Source: an uncultured virus (IMG/VR IMGVR_UViG_3300030688_000011)
Taxonomy: Duplodnaviria > Heunggongvirae > Uroviricota > Caudoviricetes
Strand: one strand, 5' to 3'
Length of the DNA: 20,000 nt
IMG/VR virus record: IMGVR_UViG_3300030688_000011
Shown in pieces: positions 15,942 through 20,000 of this stretch. Within the stretch, counting starts at the first letter, position 1. Every line of letters begins with the position of its first letter. The position numbers and the translations under genes are program-made. Below the pieces are notes generated by a model. It ran no database searches. It was not told the DNA's origin and worked only from the letters and a program-made list of their open reading frames with translations.

Positions 15942-16096
15942 TACTTCATCGCTCCGTCGTAAATTTCCTGAGCCAGCTTGAGGCAGGGACACGCAGAAGA
16001 GTGGCGGTTATTCTTGACTTGGCACTGCTTACCCTCTTCCTTCCGGTCGCGTCGTGCTTCGTCTACACACTTCTGAAAAATCTTAGTCCGGCCCAT
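15941..16096 (-). CDS. Small hypothetical protein (51 aa), below the ORF-track cutoff
   Basis: MGRTKIFQKCVDEARRDRKEEGKQCQVKNNRHSSACPCLKLAQEIYDGAMK; fills the gap and couples by TAATG to the next gene. Confidence 0.75.
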   Translation of the reverse strand: MGRTKIFQKCVDEARRDRKEEGKQCQVKNNRHSSACPCLKLAQEIYDGAMK

Positions 16097-16103
16097 CTTC
16101 ACA

Positions 16104-16281
16104 CTACCACCAACCTTTGAAGTCCGCTACGGCCATCCAGTACCCAGTGAGAATGAAAACCGTTGAGACGACGGCCCACTCGAAACGACGACCCTTTTCT
16201 CTTATGAGACACGTGGCGATTACACTGCCGATGGTCATTCCTACGGTGTTCGCTAACAACCGTCCAACAGATGTCTACCAT
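16104..16281 (-). pseudogene. Small two-helix membrane protein (~58 aa) apparently interrupted by one extra base near 16269
   Basis: AAGGGAG RBS, then ATG GTA GAC ATC [T] GTT GGA... gives MVDIVGRLLANTVGMTIGSVIATCLIREKGRRFEWAVVSTVFILTGYWMAVADFKGWW. The frame-0 product in the track is not protein-like. Confidence 0.6.
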
Positions 16282-16362
16282 GAAGCTCCCTTAGAGTAGT
16301 TCGATTTCGCGACCACCCCACTTACTTGTGTCGAGTGTTGCCTTCTTATTAGTACCGGCTTT

Positions 16363-16923
16363 TTACCCCTTGCTTCCCCTCTTTATTCGGGGGATGCTGA
16401 AGCCTGATGGACTCTCGATAAAGCTGGGGCGGGACAGCCTATAAGGGCGAAGTAGTGGGCCTATAGTCAGCATTTCATCGTAAGAGTAAAAACTACCTTT
16501 GATTCGATTGCACTCCCAGCAAGATACCACACAGTTGTCTAGTGTATACCCTCTGTCATTATCCTTACGGTCTAAGTGATGTCCACTGGTGTTAGCCCTG
16601 TATCGTTTTCGAGGTAGCCATAGTATGGGGGCAGAGCAGTATGTACATTCTTCCTTTTGTGTAAAGGTCAGGAACTCCTCATAGGTTAGCTCCACAGGAT
16701 GCTGGCCTTGCTTTTTGATGCGGTTATAAGTGTGCTCATAGGGTCGTAGCCGCTCACTCCAAAACTTTGTATTAGCACACCCTCGGCACCTTCCGGGGGT
16801 GTTGTTAACTTTTAGATAGCTTTGACGGCGGGTTATTTCACACCCACAGGTTTCACACAAGAATACATACTCTACATTGTGCTTTCGCTTTACTTTGCGA
16901 ATAGCTGAAGTTGACGGTATCAT
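16363..16923 (-). CDS. Free-standing HNH-family (putative homing) endonuclease with N-terminal zinc ribbon
   Basis: CETC...CRGC; LTYEEF...CTYC...HLDRKDNDRGYTLDNCVVSCWECNRIKG; ATGA overlap with the helicase stop; AT-richer than most of the window. Confidence 0.88.
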   Translation of the reverse strand: MIPSTSAIRKVKRKHNVEYVFLCETCGCEITRRQSYLKVNNTPGRCRGCANTKFWSERLRPYEHTYNRIKKQGQHPVELTYEEFLTFTQKEECTYCSAPILWLPRKRYRANTSGHHLDRKDNDRGYTLDNCVVSCWECNRIKGSFYSYDEMLTIGPLLRPYRLSRPSFIESPSGFSIPRIKRGSKG

Positions 16924-18815
16924 AAAAAATCCTCGCTGGAGGGTCGGAATAGTTCCCCCCTAATGTACTTCCCCATATTCAATTTTTTGCAATGGGCCTT
17001 AAGCAGTGAAGCAAAGTCGCTGTCCTCCGACTCCATCCCGGAATCTAAATCTACAAGAAGACTATTCGACAGGAGTCCTGTCGTATGCGATTGACCCAGA
17101 ATCTTTTCGAATACCCCTTTTTTTCCTTTTAGGGTGTCTAACACATATTCGTCTATTGTACCCTTAGCAACGAGTACGTGTAGCGTACACATACTATGAG
17201 GGGATGCCATTCTCACCATCCTACCTACCAATTGAACCATGTCCCCAAATGACCATGGCAGGTCTATACAAACCATGTGAGCAGCCTGTTGAAGGTTGAT
17301 ACCTTCAATGCCAGCGGAGTTGATAACTATCAGGTCGTGGTCTGAGCTACCTTGGAACAGCCGCTTGTTGTTGTTCCGCTGGGACTCGTTCTCGTTGCCA
17401 GTGATGCGAAGGAACTTACGGTCAGTAAAATGTCCATCCTTAGTGAGCTTCTCCAACCGGTCAATGTGCATTTTATATTTTGAAAATACAATAACCTTCT
17501 CCCCAAGTAAATCCCCATCCAAAAGGTCAAGGAGTGCCTCTTCCTTGGGGCTCAGCCTCGTTGTGTAGAATTCCTTGAGATTGGCAGGGTCGAGCAGTCC
17601 GGGGTGATTGGCGACAAGCTGCTGAACACTCATCATAGTCATCAGGTTATCGGGGTCACGTTCCCGCTCGTACATATCCCCCTGCACTTTAACAAGAGCC
17701 GGTGGCAGCACGAATACCCCACTCTGGATATCGTCCAGCAGGTCAATTTGTTGGTCGCTCAAGTCAAGTGGATGATACATGGTGGTTAGTTGCGGCAGCG
17801 GTTCCTTCACCTGTCGCTGGGAGCGGCCAAGGAAGAAGGGTCGGATACCCGATTTGAACTTGGTAATGTTCTGGTAGCCCACCAGTATCATCTTCTTGCG
17901 TCCGCCCCCAATATATTGGGGTCTCATGATACAAAACTCTTCCACGAACTCAGGCATGTAGCCGAACGGGCAAATACCCAACGCCGTGGCGATGGCGTAA
18001 AATTCATTTAAACAATTTTTCATGACCGTAGCGGTGAGTCCCCATACCTTGTCGGCAGAGCGGGATAGACCAAATACTAGGTTTCTATTCGCAGTTCCCA
18101 CCCCCTTGAATTTTTGACATTCGTCAAACACAAGTATCAATCGGTCTTTATTTTCCTTGAAAACCTTAGAGTAGAATCTCATCTCCGCTGTGGTCTTCTC
18201 TTTTCCATTGACAGGGTTGCCCTCATCATCGAAGCGTCCCTCAATCTTCTTCCGAGTACCCTTGATGGAGTCATATTTTACAATCAGCACATCCTTTTTA
18301 GACCCGTGGAGAAAGTCCGTCATCTGAGCGAATCGGGCATCAGATGATTTCAACCTCCGATACCTATCCTTCATCACGAAGGGGCGTAGGTGGCTGAACC
18401 GCATGAACTCGTCGGCCCACTGCATCGTCGTACTCTTAGTTGTAACAATAACAACTTTAGTATCAGGGTTACGTTCCTTGAGCCAGCAAGCAGCCGCGAT
18501 TACAGTTAGGCTTTTACCTAACCCAACCCCATCTCCATTTATGTACTTAGGCATCCGAGTCAGATGATGAATCTGGACTTTTTGATACTCCCTCAAGATA
18601 AGGGGCTCGTCAGTATCACACTTTTTAACCACATCCCATATAGTCTTACGAAGTAAACTAGGCCACTTGAAGGGGATGGGGTTGTGGATTACTCCCGCGT
18701 CGTCTCGTTGAATATCCCACTTACGCAGTAAGAAGAGCTTCTCCAGTGTAGCTGGGTCAATCCCCTTACTATTCGTGTAGGGTGTCACCAGCGGACATTC
18801 GAGAAGCTCTTCCAT
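16920..18815 (-). CDS. SNF2-related superfamily 2 helicase/ATPase
   Basis: LREYQ, GDGVGLGKS (I), QWADEF (Ia), FDECQKFK (II), LTAT (III), VIVFS (IV), AGIEGINLQ (V), DLPWS and QLVGRMVR (VI). Confidence 0.95.
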   Translation of the reverse strand: MEELLECPLVTPYTNSKGIDPATLEKLFLLRKWDIQRDDAGVIHNPIPFKWPSLLRKTIWDVVKKCDTDEPLILREYQKVQIHHLTRMPKYINGDGVGLGKSLTVIAAACWLKERNPDTKVVIVTTKSTTMQWADEFMRFSHLRPFVMKDRYRRLKSSDARFAQMTDFLHGSKKDVLIVKYDSIKGTRKKIEGRFDDEGNPVNGKEKTTAEMRFYSKVFKENKDRLILVFDECQKFKGVGTANRNLVFGLSRSADKVWGLTATVMKNCLNEFYAIATALGICPFGYMPEFVEEFCIMRPQYIGGGRKKMILVGYQNITKFKSGIRPFFLGRSQRQVKEPLPQLTTMYHPLDLSDQQIDLLDDIQSGVFVLPPALVKVQGDMYERERDPDNLMTMMSVQQLVANHPGLLDPANLKEFYTTRLSPKEEALLDLLDGDLLGEKVIVFSKYKMHIDRLEKLTKDGHFTDRKFLRITGNENESQRNNNKRLFQGSSDHDLIVINSAGIEGINLQQAAHMVCIDLPWSFGDMVQLVGRMVRMASPHSMCTLHVLVAKGTIDEYVLDTLKGKKGVFEKILGQSHTTGLLSNSLLVDLDSGMESEDSDFASLLKAHCKKLNMGKYIRGELFRPSSEDFL

Positions 18816-18821
18816 TCAGTC

Positions 18822-18827
18822 TAATAC
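18822..18827 (-). promoter_or_regulatory. GTATTA motif 6 nt before the helicase ATG (leaderless candidate)
   Basis: GTATTA-GACTGA-ATG in a 15-nt intergenic gap with no SD. Confidence 0.6.
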
Positions 18828-18830
18828 TGC

Positions 18831-19226
18831 CTATTCCTCGTAGAGGTCAAGGGCAACAGCCACATCGACCACATCTCTTCCATCGAGGGCTGGCAAGATT
18901 TATATGGAACCATCTGTGAGTTGCTTGAAATTAGACCGGGTGACTATATCGAGCATCCACTCCTGAGGCTCCAGCAAAAGCTGAGTGGATAGGTTGACAC
19001 AGTAGAACAACACACCCGAACCATTACCTCCAATGGTGGTATAAGCCCACTGAAAGAAGAGCACGGGAGACACATCAAGTTCAAGGTCGGAGACATACGT
19101 GGGAGAGAAGAGGTCGAACTTTACATCCTCCCCACTCGTCCAACGGGCTGCGGGGAAGTTGTCATGAACAAGTTCACCAGTGGCAATCTGCTCTAGTCGG
19201 GTAGGGAAGATGAGTCTGTCCTGCAT
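18831..19226 (-). pseudogene. Hypothetical protein; 108 aa as read, ~131 aa if the in-frame TAA at 18900-18902 is a point change
   Basis: After ...LTDGSI* the same frame continues ILPALDGRDVVDVAVALDLYEE* to 18831, exactly filling the gap to the helicase promoter. AAGGAG RBS. Confidence 0.65.
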
Positions 19227-19289
19227 CGCACACGCTCCTTACCTAAAGGAGACCCGTAGTCACACAACCATATGTAGCACAGTTCTGTG

Positions 19290-19496
19290 TTATGCTCTCA
19301 GCTTCAGAGCCTCTTCAACGAGTGAGATGTAGATGTCATCTAAGTTGTCGATGCCAAAGTGCTCTTCACTGAATCCCTTCTGTCGAAGGAGATTGCGAAC
19401 GCTCATGCCCCACATGAAGTGATCCTGTTGGCTAACAGTCTCCTACAGCTTCTTACACTCATCGAGTGTTTCTATCAGGTAACGCTTCTCAGTCAT
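19290..19496 (-). pseudogene. Small hypothetical protein (68 codons, DUF6794-like HF.WGM.VRN motif) with an in-frame TAG at 19443-19445
   Basis: MTEKRYLIETLDECKKL*ETVSQQDHFMWGMSVRNLLRQKGFSEEHFGIDNLDDIYISLVEEALKLRA; missing from the ORF track. Confidence 0.7.
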
Positions 19497-19504
19497 GAAA
19501 CTCT

Positions 19505-19735
19505 TTAGTCTTCGTAGCCGAAGGCTTCGGGGTGCGTGTCCTCGAAGGACTCGTCGTAGCCCCCGGCACGACGGCGTTTGCGGCGACCTTCAACGACGTG
19601 TCCGTCGTCGCCAACTTCGAGTTCCCGGAGGGTCTCTTCGTCTTCGTCCTCTTCGTCATCCTCTTCATCTTCGCCTTCGTACTCGTCGTCTTCGTAGATG
19701 TCGATGTCGTCGTCTTCTTCGTCGTCGTAAAACAT
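19505..19735 (-). CDS. Extremely acidic small protein (38 of 76 residues D/E) with an RRKRRR patch
   Basis: Direct translation; GTAATA motif at 19766-19761 and a purine-rich leader. Confidence 0.85.
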   Translation of the reverse strand: MFYDDEEDDDIDIYEDDEYEGEDEEDDEEDEDEETLRELEVGDDGHVVEGRRKRRRAGGYDESFEDTHPEAFGYED

Positions 19736-19807
19736 TTAGCCTTGTCCCCTTGATGTAGGATATTACCTACAAGTGGGGTACTTAGTTAGAAAATTTTTCC
19801 ACCTTTG

Positions 19808-20000
19808 CTACCGTTGGTACTTAGCAGAGGATAAAACGTCCATGGATGAGAATAAACCGGACACCGTAGTCAGTTCCCACTTCTTGTGGGGGTCACTGCG
19901 AACCTCAATAACGAAGGTGTCATCAATGGGGAACCGGCCAAGCTGAGGGTCTTCAATAACGACCTCACGTTCACCCCGTGGCATACCTGCCACCATCTTG
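19808..20000 (-). CDS. Hypothetical protein, probably 5'-truncated by the window end
   Basis: Frame is open to the window edge; protein-like sequence. Confidence 0.7.
   Translation of the reverse strand, partial: KMVAGMPRGEREVVIEDPQLGRFPIDDTFVIEVRSDPHKKWELTTVSGLFSSMDVLSSAKYQR

Noticed and set aside
1016..16281. Euplotes-style +1 shifting at the stop codon as one mechanism for all +1 breaks
   Set aside because: It fails for the 16281 gene, where the +1 frame closes before the frame-0 stop. For the 6177 and 7632 genes the more protein-like sequence switches frame well before the stop.
16920..18815. Intein or intron in the helicase or thyX
   Set aside because: Motif spacing is normal and no C/S...HN splice junctions or intron-sized interruptions are visible.
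6683..19445. Stop-codon reassignment (code 15 or 4/25) to explain the in-frame stops
   Set aside because: The interruptions involve TAA, TAG and TGA. TAG and TGA both act as true stops at tightly coupled gene junctions (e.g. TAG-ATG at 4421/4420 and 3556/3555, and several ATGA overlaps), and long genes contain no internal stops.
88..19758. All plus-strand ORFs in the track, including long ones (2623..3255, 7785..8642, 11160..12059, 13482..14705)
   Set aside because: Each is antisense to a coherent, tightly coupled minus-strand gene, has no recognisable motif, and has the composition of a shadow ORF.

Overview
Gene-dense, entirely minus-strand 20 kb segment of what looks like a large (probably jumbo or myovirus-like) bacteriophage genome. 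Recognisable genes: dCMP deaminase, phage-type ThyX, a frameshifted free-standing LAGLIDADG endonuclease between them, a winged-HTH protein, a Nudix hydrolase, a DUF4031-like protein, a nucleoside-deoxyribosyltransferase-like protein, an HD-GYP-like protein, a dual-specificity phosphatase, a second HD hydrolase, an HNH endonuclease and a SNF2-type helicase, plus many hypothetical, Cys-rich and acidic proteins. Four signals are not explained by the ORF track. (1) A recurring intergenic hexamer (GTATTA-like) lies exactly 6 nt before five start codons, suggesting a phage promoter with leaderless mRNAs. (2) A 99-nt highly paired intergenic RNA begins exactly at the +1 predicted by that motif. (3) About nine genes are broken by single-base indels or single in-frame stops, which may be sequencing error or real decay. 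(4) The HD-GYP protein carries a tail resembling DNA polymerase A motifs A and B in compressed form. All family calls come from visual motif recognition; no searches were run.
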